Source of the DNA: Candidatus Moraniibacteriota bacterium
GTDB lineage: Bacteria > Patescibacteriota > Minisyncoccia > Moranbacterales > GWC2-37-73
Reading direction: 5' to 3'
NCBI GenBank assembly: GCA_013336225.1
Contig: JAAXUC010000002.1
Location: 74,634 to 138,633, forward strand
DNA: 64,000 bases
How positions within the stretch are numbered: position 1 is the first letter of the stretch; each line of letters begins with the position of its first letter. The notes below the pieces were generated by a model. The model was given only the letters and a program-made list of their open reading frames with translations. It searched no databases and was not told the DNA's origin. The position numbers and the translations under genes are program-made. This document shows positions 34,946 through 45,257 of this stretch, in pieces.

Positions 34946-36694
34946 ATGCAAATAGAAAACAAACAGCTCAAGGCGTTTCTTTTGGATTCAAATTTATTGA
35001 GTCTTGAGGTTGTGGAAGAAAATTTTAAACTCGCTTTGGAAACCAATCAAAAATTGGGCGATTTGTTGATAGAAAAAAAATTGATCAACGAAATTGAGCT
35101 CAAAAAGTTGTATTCATACATTCTGGGTATTCCATTTGTAAATCTTGAAAAAGAAACTATCACGGCTGATATTTTGCAAATTATACCGGAGCCGATTGCC
35201 AAAAAATATGGAATTATCGCTTTTGAAAAAAGCGGCAATGATTTGAAGGTTGCCATGAAGAATCCTGAAGATTTGCAAACCATTGATTTTATCAAAAAGA
35301 AAACTGGTCTTAAAATCATTCCATGCCTCACTAATGAAGAAAGCATTAAAGCCATTCTCAAGCAATATGAGAAGAGCTTGAAAGCTGAGTTTGGAGACAT
35401 CATCAGTAAAAATTCTGATGATGTTGATGCTGGAAATGATACTCAAGATTTGGAAAAAATTGCTCAAGATCTGCCGATTATTAAAATTGTGGACACGCTT
35501 TTAAAGCATGCCATTTTGCAATCAGCCAGTGATATTCATATTGAACCTGGAGAGAAAGAGGTGCGCGTCCGCTATCGCATCGATGGCGTGCTGCATGATG
35601 CGATGACCCTTCCAAAGCAAGTGCTGGAGGGATTGGTAGCTCGTATTAAAGTTTTGTCTAATTTGAAATTGGATGAACATCGCTTGCCGCAAGATGGTCG
35701 ATTTAAAATTGAAAAAGAAGGTTATAAAATTTCTTTTCGTGTCAGTATGTTGCCAGTTTTTGAAGGTGAAAAAATCGTGATGCGTTTGCTGGATGAAACT
35801 TCTAAGGGGCTGACTTTGGAAAAAATGGGACTGGCTGGCAAAGCCTTGGAAGTTGTGCATCGGCATGTGAAGCGTCCCAATGGAATGGTGTTGGTGACTG
35901 GGCCAACTGGTTCAGGTAAAACCACTACACTCTACACAATCATGGATATCTTGAACACGCCTGATGTGAACATCAGTACAGTGGAAGATCCAGTGGAATA
36001 TCGCATGGTTCGTGTTAATCAGACTCAAACGAATGCTAAAATAGGAATGACCTTTGCGGCGGCACTGCGCAGTCTTTTGCGTCAAGATCCTGACATCATC
36101 ATGGTGGGAGAAATTCGAGATGGAGAAACCATGCAAATTGCAGTGGAAGCTGCCATGACAGGACATCTCGTGCTTTCAACTTTGCACACCAACAGTGCGG
36201 CTGGAACTCTGCCTCGACTTTTGGACATGGGTGCAGAAGCTTTTTTGGTGGCATCCACTGTCAACGTGATTATTGGTCAACGACTTGTGCGAAAATTGTG
36301 CAATGAATGTAAAGTTGCCTATAAATTTAGTGAAAAAGAAATAGTGACACTTGGCAAAACTTTTGATATGGATGCTATGATGGCAATGCTCAAAGGGACT
36401 CCTGAAATGGCAGAGATGGTCACAGCTAAAAGCACCTGGAAAACAGTGGATTTCTATAAAGCCAAGGGATGTGAACAATGCAATCAAGAAGGATATCATG
36501 GTCGCTTGGGAATCTATGAAGTGCTTGAAATGGATGAAACTATCGGAAAATTGATCACCTCTAATGCCTCATCGGATGATATTGAGAAAAAAGCCAGAGA
36601 AAATGGTATGCGCACGATGGGAGAAGACGGATTTATCAAAGCAATTCAGGGAATCACTTCAATTGAAGAAGTGATGCGAGTAACCAAGGAGTAA
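34946..36694 (+). CDS. pilB: Type IV pilus assembly ATPase PilB/GspE family (locus 2 paralog)
   Basis: 582 aa with an N-terminal GspII_E-like domain. Walker A is GPTGSGKTT. ASDIHIEPGEKE is present, and so is a tetracysteine motif (CNEC...CEQCNQEGYHGR). Confidence 0.85.
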   Translation: MQIENKQLKAFLLDSNLLSLEVVEENFKLALETNQKLGDLLIEKKLINEIELKKLYSYILGIPFVNLEKETITADILQIIPEPIAKKYGIIAFEKSGNDLKVAMKNPEDLQTIDFIKKKTGLKIIPCLTNEESIKAILKQYEKSLKAEFGDIISKNSDDVDAGNDTQDLEKIAQDLPIIKIVDTLLKHAILQSASDIHIEPGEKEVRVRYRIDGVLHDAMTLPKQVLEGLVARIKVLSNLKLDEHRLPQDGRFKIEKEGYKISFRVSMLPVFEGEKIVMRLLDETSKGLTLEKMGLAGKALEVVHRHVKRPNGMVLVTGPTGSGKTTTLYTIMDILNTPDVNISTVEDPVEYRMVRVNQTQTNAKIGMTFAAALRSLLRQDPDIIMVGEIRDGETMQIAVEAAMTGHLVLSTLHTNSAAGTLPRLLDMGAEAFLVASTVNVIIGQRLVRKLCNECKVAYKFSEKEIVTLGKTFDMDAMMAMLKGTPEMAEMVTAKSTWKTVDFYKAKGCEQCNQEGYHGRLGIYEVLEMDETIGKLITSNASSDDIEKKARENGMRTMGEDGFIKAIQGITSIEEVMRVTKE

Positions 36695-36700
36695 GCAAAA

Positions 36701-36827
36701 ATTTCATTTTTGAAATCCAAAATCCAAAGGTCAAATAAATGACAAAAGGACTTAATGATAGAAGATTTGGATTTCGTGCTTGAGATTTTATTTGGATTTA
36801 AGATTTTGTCATTGAGATTTTTTAAAA
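36701..36827 (+). promoter_or_regulatory. Family E AT-rich upstream element, copy 1 (directly 5' of pilC2)
   Basis: Shares ...CAAAGGTCAAATAAATGACAAAAGG...GATTTTATTTGGATTTAAGATTTTGTCATTGAGATTTTTTAAAA with 59881-60010. It contains an AATGACAAAA/TTTTGTCATT inverted repeat and a TTGTCA -35-like hexamer. It ends 4 nt before the ATG. Confidence 0.45.
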
Positions 36828-36830
36828 CAC

Positions 36831-38054
36831 ATGCCTAAATATCTTTATACAGCTAAGAGCTATAATGGTGAAACCAAGGGTGGTGAAGCCACAGCTCAAG
36901 ATGAAAAAAATCTTGCTCAGCAATTGCGGGGAGAAGGGTTTTTAGTTACCTCTATATCATTGGTAAAAGAAGTTGACACGAATAGTGTGAGCGTGAAATT
37001 TCTGGATAAATTTAAATCTGTTCCACTCAAGGAAAAAATGATTTTCGCGAGGAATTTGAGTATCATGGTTGCATCAGGATTAACTGTTTCGCGAGCCCTT
37101 AATAATTTGGCCGTGCAAACTGAAAATAAAACATTCAAAAAGATCTTGTTGGATGTCTATGAAGAAGTTCAAGGTGGAAAAACTTTGAGCGACGGCTTGG
37201 CAAAATATCCTGGTATTTTTGGAGAACTTTTCATTAATATGGTGAGAGTGGGGGAAACTGCTGGAAATTTGGATGAAGTTTTGAAGATCGTGGCTGTGCA
37301 GTTGGAAAAGGAAAATGATTTGAAAAGCAAGGTGAAAGGTGCCATGATTTATCCTGGAGTTATTCTTACTGTGATGCTTATTATTGGCTATGTCATGTTA
37401 ACTTTCGTGCTTCCGAAATTGCTAGGAGTTTTTAAGGACATGGACGCTAAGCTTCCAGCTATGACGCAATTTATTGTGGATCTGAGTGACATCTTGCGCA
37501 ACAATGGAATTGCCACAGCCATTCTGTTGGTTGTTTTGATTTTTTTTATGAAATGGTTTTTAGGTCAAGAATCAGGGAAGAGAACCTTGAGTTTTGTGGC
37601 CATTAAATTTCCGGTGTTTAGTCCTTTGGTGAAGCAGATGAATTGTGCGCGTTTTGCTCGAATTTACAGCTCCTTGCTGAAAAGTGGAGTTGGGAGTGTG
37701 GAGGCTTTGAAAATCATTTCACGCACGCTGACAAACTATTATTATCAAAAAGTTCTACTGGACAGCGTGGAGGATATTCAAAAGGGAGTTAGTCTCAGCA
37801 AAATTTTGGCTGATCATCAAGATATTTTTCCAGTGCTGGTTTCACAAATCGTGCAAGTGGGAGAGGAGACTGGAAAAACGGAAACGGTGCTTTTGCAGTT
37901 GGCTGAATTTTATGAAGCGGAAGTTGACCAAATAACGAAAAATTTGTCCGCCATCATCGAACCTATTTTGATGGTGTTTATCGGTGGAGCGGTTGGGTTT
38001 TTCGCTGTCGCCATGCTGACGCCGATGTATAGTATGATGGATAGTGTGAAATGA
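36831..38054 (+). CDS. pilC: Type IV pilus platform protein PilC/GspF family (locus 2 paralog)
   Basis: 407 aa with two GspF-like repeats and TM helices. It lies downstream of pilB2. Confidence 0.8.
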   Translation: MPKYLYTAKSYNGETKGGEATAQDEKNLAQQLRGEGFLVTSISLVKEVDTNSVSVKFLDKFKSVPLKEKMIFARNLSIMVASGLTVSRALNNLAVQTENKTFKKILLDVYEEVQGGKTLSDGLAKYPGIFGELFINMVRVGETAGNLDEVLKIVAVQLEKENDLKSKVKGAMIYPGVILTVMLIIGYVMLTFVLPKLLGVFKDMDAKLPAMTQFIVDLSDILRNNGIATAILLVVLIFFMKWFLGQESGKRTLSFVAIKFPVFSPLVKQMNCARFARIYSSLLKSGVGSVEALKIISRTLTNYYYQKVLLDSVEDIQKGVSLSKILADHQDIFPVLVSQIVQVGEETGKTETVLLQLAEFYEAEVDQITKNLSAIIEPILMVFIGGAVGFFAVAMLTPMYSMMDSVK

Positions 38055-38130
38055 AAATCCAAAAATTTAGACAGTCAAAGATGAAGATAGTGTTTAATGC
38101 AAGAAGTGTGATATTTTTCATAGTAAGATT

Positions 38131-39507
38131 ATGCAAAAAACAATAACAAATAATAAAAAAGCTTTTTCCTTGATCGAAGTTTTAATCGTGACCTTTATTA
38201 TGGCCACGGTGTTTACTTCTTTCTATTCTGTTTCTACCGTTGGCACGAAATATATCATTGAATCAAAAAATAGATTAGCTGCAGTGGCTTTTGCTAATGA
38301 AAAAATGGAAATAGCGCGCAATCTTGAGTATTCAGATGTTGGTCTTATTAGTGGTATTCCTGTTGGTAATATGCCAGAAGATGAGGATGTCATGGCAAAT
38401 GGTCGAATGTTTCATGTGCACACTTTTGTTGAGGACATAGATGATCCGCTTGATGGAACTGGTCTTGCAGATGGAATTCCAAATGATTATAAACTTGTGA
38501 AGATAACAATATCTTGGAATGACAGCAATGGTGAGCAGCAAAAAGTTGTTTCCATTTCAAGGTTTGTGCCGCCAGGACTTGAAACAAGTGCTGGTGGAGC
38601 GCCAATGGCAATCAATGTCAAGGGAAGTGATGGCGTGGCTGTCGGTAGTGCAAGAGTGGACATAGTTAATAATGAAGTATTACCAGTAATTAATTATTCG
38701 CCCAATGTTGACAGTGAAGGTCATATGATGATTCCGGCTGCACCAGCTTCACTTGGCGGTTATCACTTAACAATTTCGAAAGCTGGGTATGAAACAGTTG
38801 CGACAATGGATTCACCATCCTTAGATTATTTAGGGAATCCATATACTCCAACGTATACCCATGCTAGCGTGCTTTTAAATGTGCTAAACATGTATGATTA
38901 CATTGTAGATGAATTATCCAGCCTTACTATTAAGGCGGTTGATTATCAAAATAATCCTATTGGAAATTTGGCTTTTACAGTTGATGGTGGAAAAGTTCTG
39001 GGTCGAGATATCTTGAATGTTGATGTTTTAAATATGCATGAGGCTGGCACTACTGATGCAGTAACTGGTGAAAAAAAATATGACAACATTAGTCCTGGCA
39101 ACTATAAAATAGTTTTGGCAGCCAATGCGCAATACGAATTTGTTGAATATAGTCCGAACCCTTCTCCAATAGCCTTGGTTCCTGGCACTGATTTGACATT
39201 TCAGGTTAATGTTGCAGACAAGGACGTGGATGGATTATTGGTGAATGTCATTGATAATGATACGAGCTCACCCGTGATTGATGCAAAAATTACACTCACT
39301 GACAGTGCTAGCGTGGAAGTTTTTTCAGGCAAAAGTGTTTCTGCTAATGGTATTTTATATTATCCAGACACTGCTGTGTCGCTTCCTGCTGGAAATTATA
39401 CCTTGAAAGTTGAAGCTACGAATTATGTCACACAAGATATTCCAGTTGTTATAGATAAATTAACAAAACCAGGTGATGCTGGAATTATTAAGCTAATTAA
39501 AACGTAA
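38131..39507 (+). CDS. Large prepilin-type protein with repeated beta-sandwich domains (candidate pilus tip or adhesin subunit)
   Basis: ...NNKKA then FSLIEVLIVTFIMATVF: a class III-like signal with Ala rather than Gly at -1. 458 aa. Repeated G(N/G)Y(T/K/H)L motifs (GGYHLTISKAGYETV, PGNYKIVLAANAQYEFV, AGNYTLKVEATNYVTQDIPVV) suggest carboxypeptidase-regulatory-like folds. Confidence 0.55.
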   Translation: MQKTITNNKKAFSLIEVLIVTFIMATVFTSFYSVSTVGTKYIIESKNRLAAVAFANEKMEIARNLEYSDVGLISGIPVGNMPEDEDVMANGRMFHVHTFVEDIDDPLDGTGLADGIPNDYKLVKITISWNDSNGEQQKVVSISRFVPPGLETSAGGAPMAINVKGSDGVAVGSARVDIVNNEVLPVINYSPNVDSEGHMMIPAAPASLGGYHLTISKAGYETVATMDSPSLDYLGNPYTPTYTHASVLLNVLNMYDYIVDELSSLTIKAVDYQNNPIGNLAFTVDGGKVLGRDILNVDVLNMHEAGTTDAVTGEKKYDNISPGNYKIVLAANAQYEFVEYSPNPSPIALVPGTDLTFQVNVADKDVDGLLVNVIDNDTSSPVIDAKITLTDSASVEVFSGKSVSANGILYYPDTAVSLPAGNYTLKVEATNYVTQDIPVVIDKLTKPGDAGIIKLIKT

Positions 39508-39508
39508 C

Positions 39509-40150
39509 ATGCAAAAAGAAAGAAATAAAATTATTTCAGGTTTTACACTCGTGGAAACATTGGTGGCACTTGCAATTTTCACCTTGGGAATTGCTGCGAC
39601 AGTGTTGGTTTTTTCCAAAACAATTAAAAATAAAGCCTATGCCTTGGAAATGGGTAAATCGTCCTTTGTTGTTTCTCGAAGTATGGGAGATTTGATTGGA
39701 TATTTGCGAAGAGTGAGACAATCTGACGCTGGTGCATATCCAATTGTCACTGCCAATAGCAATGAATTGGTTGTGTACTCAGATTATGATAAGGATGGAA
39801 AAACAGAAAGATTGCGCATTTCTTTGTCTGGTGGAAAAGTTTATTTGGAAATTCGCAGGCCATCTACAACTTTCCCTAAGACGTATGCTGCAGATTATGA
39901 ATCACCAATAGAATTGGCCAAGCAGATTGTAAATGACTCCATAAATGACCCGATGTTTTCATATTACAATAAAGATTATCCTGCTGATACAATCAATAAT
40001 CCAGTGGATGTCCCAGCAGATGTTTCACAGATTCGTTTGATAAAAATATTTTTGAAAATAAATATTGATCCAAATCGTGCACCAGACAACATCCAGCAAC
40101 AATCATTCGTTGAGCTTAGAAATCTTAATGATTATGATCGTATTTATTAA
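39509..40150 (+). CDS. Prepilin-type minor pilin (pseudopilin)
   Basis: ...KIISG then FTLVETLVALAIFTLGIAATV: a class III signal. Confidence 0.7.
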   Translation: MQKERNKIISGFTLVETLVALAIFTLGIAATVLVFSKTIKNKAYALEMGKSSFVVSRSMGDLIGYLRRVRQSDAGAYPIVTANSNELVVYSDYDKDGKTERLRISLSGGKVYLEIRRPSTTFPKTYAADYESPIELAKQIVNDSINDPMFSYYNKDYPADTINNPVDVPADVSQIRLIKIFLKINIDPNRAPDNIQQQSFVELRNLNDYDRIY

Positions 40151-40152
40151 AA

Positions 40153-41790
40153 TTGCTTATCATGAAAAAAGGATCTCAAAAAAATATTAAAACAAGAAAG
40201 GGGAGTGCTCTTGTCTTTGCTTTGGTTACAGTGATTATTGCTGCTATGACACTCACTTCACTTTTGACATATATAAGTTCCCAATTGCATTTCAGCAGTG
40301 ATCGAGTTGAGAGGGAGCGGGCATTTCAAATTGCAGAAGCGGGCGCCTATTATTATCGTTGGTATCTTGCACATCAAATTGCTGGAAAAACTGCTGAGCA
40401 AATCAAGGATTTTTGGGAGGACACAAGTCCTTATCCATTGGGAGTGGATGCTCCTGTTGAAGTTGAGTATATGGATCCGGAGAGCAGTGCTATTGGAAAA
40501 TATATGTTGGAAGTTGTGAAGCCTGCACTTGGTTCGACCATTGTGATTGTGAAATCAACGGGTTGGACATATGCAAAACCATCAATCAAAAGAGTTGTTC
40601 AAGTCAGATTTAGACGTCCATCCTGGAGCGAGAACAGTGTGTTGGCTGACGATAATATGCGATTTGGTGAGGGAACAGTTGTGACTGGAAAAATTCATTC
40701 GAATAAAGGTATAAGATTTGACGGAGTGGCTAATAATATTATCTCAAGTTCCTTGGCGAGTTATGATGATCTTGATCATAATGACACTGGAGCTGAAAAG
40801 CTTGAATTTGGAGTGCACACACATGTCACTGCTCCTCCTGGTTCAGGCGTTGTTGACACTTATAGACCCTTGGAAGTTCCGCCTGCCGTGGTTGCTCCAC
40901 GCACAGATGTTTTTCAGGCAGGGAGAACATTTCCAGCACCTCAATTGGATTTCAATTCAGTTGTTTCAGACATCTCCTTTATGCGTTCTCAGGCCACCAT
41001 TAAATTTGATAACACTGGAAAGGGAAGACATATCAAATTAAAAACTGATGGTACGATGGATGTTGCATCAGTCAATTCTTACAGTCCATATGTTAATAGT
41101 TTCACAGGATCAAATGGAATTATTAATTATAGTGGAATAACCATTGGAGCTATTGGAGGTTTTCTTGCAACGAATGGTTTGCCATGTTCATCTTTTACTA
41201 ATGCTACAACATTTTGCAACACCGTAGCCACTTGCAATTGGATCTCCAATACTAATCATAATCGGGGAAAATGTTCAACCATGACAAATCATAGTATTCC
41301 AAATAACGGGATTGTTTTTGTGGCGAATAATATTTGGCTTGAGGGAACTGTTGACAACAAAAAAGTTTCTTTTGTGGCAGCTGAACTCATAGATGAGCCA
41401 GGATATACTGGAGGTGGAAAAAGTGTTTTTTTGGGAACTGGAAATCTGTTGTATGCAAATTCCAATGGGCTTGCAGATGGATCTGATATTATTGGGGTTA
41501 TCGCACAAAAAAATGTCGAGGTTATTGAAAACAGTTTGGACACGTTGACGCTCGATGGCGCATTCTTGGCTAAAGAGGGACGTGTTGGCAGGGAATATTA
41601 TGGCAATACTAGAAATACCATCACCGTTAATGGTTCAATTGCAACATATTCACGCTATGGTTTTGCGTATACTGATGGAACAGGGTATCAAAACCGCAAC
41701 ATTAATTTTGACAATAATTTGCTGTATTATCCTCCGCCATATTTTCCAACTGGCACTGAATATGCCATCGATCAGTGGGATGAACTGTAG
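40153..41790 (+). CDS. PilX-like large minor pilin (PilX_N N-terminus, ~480-aa C-terminal domain)
   Basis: GSALVFALVTVIIAAMTLTSLLTYISSQLHFSSDRVERERAFQIAEAGAYYYRWYL matches the PilX N-terminal pattern. 545 aa. The start may be the ATG at 40162. Confidence 0.55.
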   Translation: MLIMKKGSQKNIKTRKGSALVFALVTVIIAAMTLTSLLTYISSQLHFSSDRVERERAFQIAEAGAYYYRWYLAHQIAGKTAEQIKDFWEDTSPYPLGVDAPVEVEYMDPESSAIGKYMLEVVKPALGSTIVIVKSTGWTYAKPSIKRVVQVRFRRPSWSENSVLADDNMRFGEGTVVTGKIHSNKGIRFDGVANNIISSSLASYDDLDHNDTGAEKLEFGVHTHVTAPPGSGVVDTYRPLEVPPAVVAPRTDVFQAGRTFPAPQLDFNSVVSDISFMRSQATIKFDNTGKGRHIKLKTDGTMDVASVNSYSPYVNSFTGSNGIINYSGITIGAIGGFLATNGLPCSSFTNATTFCNTVATCNWISNTNHNRGKCSTMTNHSIPNNGIVFVANNIWLEGTVDNKKVSFVAAELIDEPGYTGGGKSVFLGTGNLLYANSNGLADGSDIIGVIAQKNVEVIENSLDTLTLDGAFLAKEGRVGREYYGNTRNTITVNGSIATYSRYGFAYTDGTGYQNRNINFDNNLLYYPPPYFPTGTEYAIDQWDEL

Positions 41791-41942
41791 AAAAGTTTGT
41801 ATGATGTGGCTTGTGTGTTGTATACTGGATAGAGAATTGAAAACAGAAATAAAAGTAGCAATATAAAAATACAAAAGCAAATTGAATTGTTTAGTGCTGG
41901 CATAGATGCTTTGTGCTTGATGATTCGTGTTGCATAATCTTA

Positions 41943-43034
41943 ATGAGTTTTCTCAATAGAAAAATATTTAATAAGAATTGGGATGTCTTTGGCTTGGACC
42001 TTAGCGATTTGTCGGTTAAGGCTGTTATGCTTGAAAGTAACGGCACCTGTGAATATGTTGCCAGCTATGGCTCAGTCGCTTTTCCTGGTGGCTGCGTCAA
42101 TGAAGGAGAGATTTTGCAAAAAGAGCAAGTTGTTGCAGCCATTAAAAAAGTTATTGCCCTGGCTGGTCCTGAAAAAATAAAAACCAAAAAAGTCATCTGC
42201 TCTTTGCCTGAAACCAAGGCATTCTTGCGTATTGTTTCCATTCCAATGATGGATGATTCTGAGTTGAATGAGGCAGTGAAGTGGGAGATGGAAGCAAATA
42301 TTCCGCTTCCATTGGAGCAAGTGTATTATGATTGGCAGATAATTCCAGAAACTTTATTGTTGGAAAAAAATAAGATAAATTTGATTGTGGTTGCCATCGC
42401 CAAATCGGTGGTCGATCAAACGTTGGAAGTGCTTGCCTTGGCAGGACTTGATCCTGTCAGTCTGGAAATCGAATCAATAGCACAGGCTAGGAGTCTACTC
42501 TTGGAGAAAGATGAAAAAGCCACTGTGTTGGTGGTCGACATCGGTGACAGAAGAACCAGTCTTTCAATCACCAAGGGTGGTGTGCCATGTTTCACTTCCA
42601 GCATTCCACTATGTGGACAGTCACTCACGGATGTGATTTCCAAAGGAATGAATATTTCATTTGATCAAGCTGAAAAAGTTAAAATTTCCTATGGTATCGG
42701 TGATGCTTTCAAAAACGATGCTCTTTTCAAGGCTGTCACGCCAATTTTGGAAAATCTGGCACAGGAAATTGAGCGTTCAATAGATTTTTATGTGACAGGG
42801 CTTAAATATTCCGAGAGTGTGGATAAGATCATCATCTGTGGCGGCGGCGCAAACACCAAGGGTTTGGTGCCATATTTATCAAAAAAAATAGGTAGGGAAA
42901 TAGTGTTGGGCAACCCTTGGGTTAACATGAAGTTGGGCAAGACATTGCCTATAATTGAAAAGACTCAATCATTGCAATATTCAACAGCAATTGGACTCGC
43001 ATTAAAAGGTTTATATTATGAAGATATATCTTGA
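41943..43034 (+). CDS. pilM: Type IV pilus assembly protein PilM (actin-like ATPase fold)
   Basis: ...FGLDLSDLSVKAVMLE...VLVVDIGDRRTSLSI...IIICGGGAN... are PilM/FtsA-type phosphate motifs. The ORF track starts 10 codons upstream (41913). Confidence 0.8.
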   Translation: MSFLNRKIFNKNWDVFGLDLSDLSVKAVMLESNGTCEYVASYGSVAFPGGCVNEGEILQKEQVVAAIKKVIALAGPEKIKTKKVICSLPETKAFLRIVSIPMMDDSELNEAVKWEMEANIPLPLEQVYYDWQIIPETLLLEKNKINLIVVAIAKSVVDQTLEVLALAGLDPVSLEIESIAQARSLLLEKDEKATVLVVDIGDRRTSLSITKGGVPCFTSSIPLCGQSLTDVISKGMNISFDQAEKVKISYGIGDAFKNDALFKAVTPILENLAQEIERSIDFYVTGLKYSESVDKIIICGGGANTKGLVPYLSKKIGREIVLGNPWVNMKLGKTLPIIEKTQSLQYSTAIGLALKGLYYEDIS

Positions 43035-43572
43035 TTTGTTGCCAAAAGAAATAAAGACTGAACTCAAACGAAAAAAAAGATTTCGACGAATTTTACATGA
43101 GGAATTTTTGTTTTTACTTCCACTCGTCTTGTTTATTGTGATTTTGGGCAATATCTATTATTTGCTCATGCTTAGTCATAACACTTCCGTGGCAGCAAAA
43201 TCACAAGCTGAATCTCAGGACAAATATCAAGAGCTCAGTTCCTATGAGAAAAAATTCAAAGAAGTTAATGACAATTCAGCCAAATTGCTTAAAATTCAAT
43301 CTTTGCATTTATATTGGGCCAATATTTTCAATAAGGTTGGTACCATACTCCCAGATGGAATCTCAATAACAAATTTTTCAACTAAAGATTTTCAGATATT
43401 TTTGGTTGGAAAAGCCAGGAATCGCGACACCCTCTTGAATTTTAAGGCTGCACTTGAATCTGAAACATGTTTTGCAAATATCAATGTTCCACTGTCAAAT
43501 CTTGTTGTTAAGGAAAATATTGATTTTCAGATGGACTTAACCATAAATAAAGACTGCCTAAAGAAACAATAA
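43018..43572 (+). CDS. pilN: PilN-like pilus assembly protein
   Basis: A basic N-terminus, then a single TM (LFLLPLVLFIVILGNIYYLLML), then a periplasmic coiled-coil domain. It overlaps the pilM stop by 17 nt. Confidence 0.65.
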   Translation: MKIYLDLLPKEIKTELKRKKRFRRILHEEFLFLLPLVLFIVILGNIYYLLMLSHNTSVAAKSQAESQDKYQELSSYEKKFKEVNDNSAKLLKIQSLHLYWANIFNKVGTILPDGISITNFSTKDFQIFLVGKARNRDTLLNFKAALESETCFANINVPLSNLVVKENIDFQMDLTINKDCLKKQ

Positions 43573-43574
43573 AA

Positions 43575-44258
43575 ATGAAGAATTTTTTCCATAAACAACG
43601 TGAAATAATAGCAGTTTTGTCATTTGTGGCGATCGCTGCTGGTCTTGTTTATTTCGTGATTATGCCACTTATTGCACGCATCAGTGGAATCAATGATCAA
43701 ATTCAACAAGAAGTCATGAAACAAGAAGGTGTGAAAATGCAGATTGAACAATTGCCGAAAGTGCAAAAGCAATATCAAGCTTTGCAAGAAGGTGGTGATT
43801 TGGCAAATGTTTTTTTGGATCAAAATAAGGCGGTGGAGCTGATTGAAAGATTGGAAAAGCTGGCTGAGATCACAAACAATGTCATAACCATAGCTGTGCA
43901 AGAGAAAGCTCCTGAGGTTGCCAAGAAAACGACTTCCAGAAGCAGTGCGCCAACCGAAGAAACACTCATTTCGGGATTGCCAAGCCCTAATTATCTGCAG
44001 ATGAAAATAACTTTGATTGGGAATTATGATTCCATTGTTTCATTCATTGATGCTCTTGAAAAGTTTGAATATTATGCAGATATTGTGGCAATTCAGATGA
44101 ATAAGAATGATGAAGCTGACACTAGTTTTTCCGTTTCAAATATTGGGATGTTTGGCGTAGCAATGCCAAATGCGGCAGCAACACCTGAAGTGCAGCCGGT
44201 AATCATAAAAAATAGTGATGTGAAAGCTGTCATTGATAGTGTATTTTATACGAATTAA
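43575..44258 (+). CDS. pilO: PilO-like pilus assembly protein
   Basis: N-terminal TM IIAVLSFVAIAAGLVYFVIMPLIARI followed by a coiled-coil and a C-terminal domain. Its position after pilN is typical. Confidence 0.6.
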   Translation: MKNFFHKQREIIAVLSFVAIAAGLVYFVIMPLIARISGINDQIQQEVMKQEGVKMQIEQLPKVQKQYQALQEGGDLANVFLDQNKAVELIERLEKLAEITNNVITIAVQEKAPEVAKKTTSRSSAPTEETLISGLPSPNYLQMKITLIGNYDSIVSFIDALEKFEYYADIVAIQMNKNDEADTSFSVSNIGMFGVAMPNAAATPEVQPVIIKNSDVKAVIDSVFYTN

Positions 44259-44271
44259 CCATTTCTTATAT

Positions 44272-44592
44272 ATGAAATTTGATTTCAAAATTGGTTCAAA
44301 ATCAAAAAAACCGTTGCTTCCCGCGATTGGTTTATTCTGGCAAAAAATTTATAAAATTATTTTTCTCATCTTTTTACTTATTGCTCTTGCTCTTGGTTGG
44401 TATGTTTGGCACACCAGCTTGTCGGGAGGAGAGTGGAGTGCTGAAAAAAAGCAAGAGTATTTGAATTCACAGACTAAAGGCGTGGTTTTCAATGAAAATA
44501 ATTTCAAAAAAGTACTGCTGGATATTGAAGAAAGAAAACAATATGTCGTCAGCGATGATCAAACAAAAAAAGATATTTTTAAGAGTTACTAG
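44272..44592 (+). CDS. Small single-pass membrane protein, hypothetical
   Basis: About 106 aa from the ATG at 44272, with a TM helix IIFLIFLLIALALGWYVW. It is the last gene of the pilMNO run. Confidence 0.4.
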   Translation: MKFDFKIGSKSKKPLLPAIGLFWQKIYKIIFLIFLLIALALGWYVWHTSLSGGEWSAEKKQEYLNSQTKGVVFNENNFKKVLLDIEERKQYVVSDDQTKKDIFKSY

Positions 44593-44629
44593 CTGGATAT
44601 CGCGGACAGGTGGAATAAATAATGTCAGG

Positions 44630-45250
44630 ATGCGTATCAATGAATGTATGATTATAGCAGACGAAGAGCTGATTAAAAATTTTTTGGAAAAGGATGATGA
44701 AAAAGCACTTGAAGTGCTTATTTTACGCTATTTAAAGCCGCTATATAATTTTGTTCTGCAATTGACGGGCGATGGAAAAGCAGCTGAAGACATTGTGCAG
44801 GAGGTTTTTGTGAAAGTCTGGAAAAAAGCGGACTCTTTCGATTTGGATAAGAAATTCTCAACTTGGATTTATGCCATTGCCAAAAACGCAACTTTTGATC
44901 ACTTTAAAAAGAAAAAAACTTTGCCATTTGCTGCTTTTGAAAATGAGGACGGAACAAATGCTCTGGAAAATATTGAAGATCAAGCGATTTTGCATCCCAA
45001 TGCTTTGCTGGAAAGAATGGATGACGTTAGAAATGTTCATGAATTGTTGAACACACTTTCACCGAAACTGAAAACCATTCTACTTTTGCATCATAAACAA
45101 GGTTTTTCCTTGGTGGAAATCGCTGAAATTTTGGGCACTCCTTCAAACACGATCAAAAGCAATTATCGTCGCGCACTTATTTTTTTGAAAAAAACTTCTT
45201 CTCTGGGCAGTGCAAATGAAGATGCACCCAGAACGATCCCTGCTGCGTAA
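44630..45250 (+). CDS. RNA polymerase sigma factor, ECF (regions 2 and 4)
   Basis: Region 2 is AEDIVQEVFVKVWKKADSFDLDKKFSTWIYAIAKNATFDHFKKKK. Region 4 is ILLLHHKQGFSLVEIAEILGTPSNTIKSNYRRALIFLKK. The upstream part of the long track ORF overlaps the previous gene and is unlikely to be translated. Confidence 0.7.
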   Translation: MRINECMIIADEELIKNFLEKDDEKALEVLILRYLKPLYNFVLQLTGDGKAAEDIVQEVFVKVWKKADSFDLDKKFSTWIYAIAKNATFDHFKKKKTLPFAAFENEDGTNALENIEDQAILHPNALLERMDDVRNVHELLNTLSPKLKTILLLHHKQGFSLVEIAEILGTPSNTIKSNYRRALIFLKKTSSLGSANEDAPRTIPAA

Positions 45251-45257
45251 TACAAGC

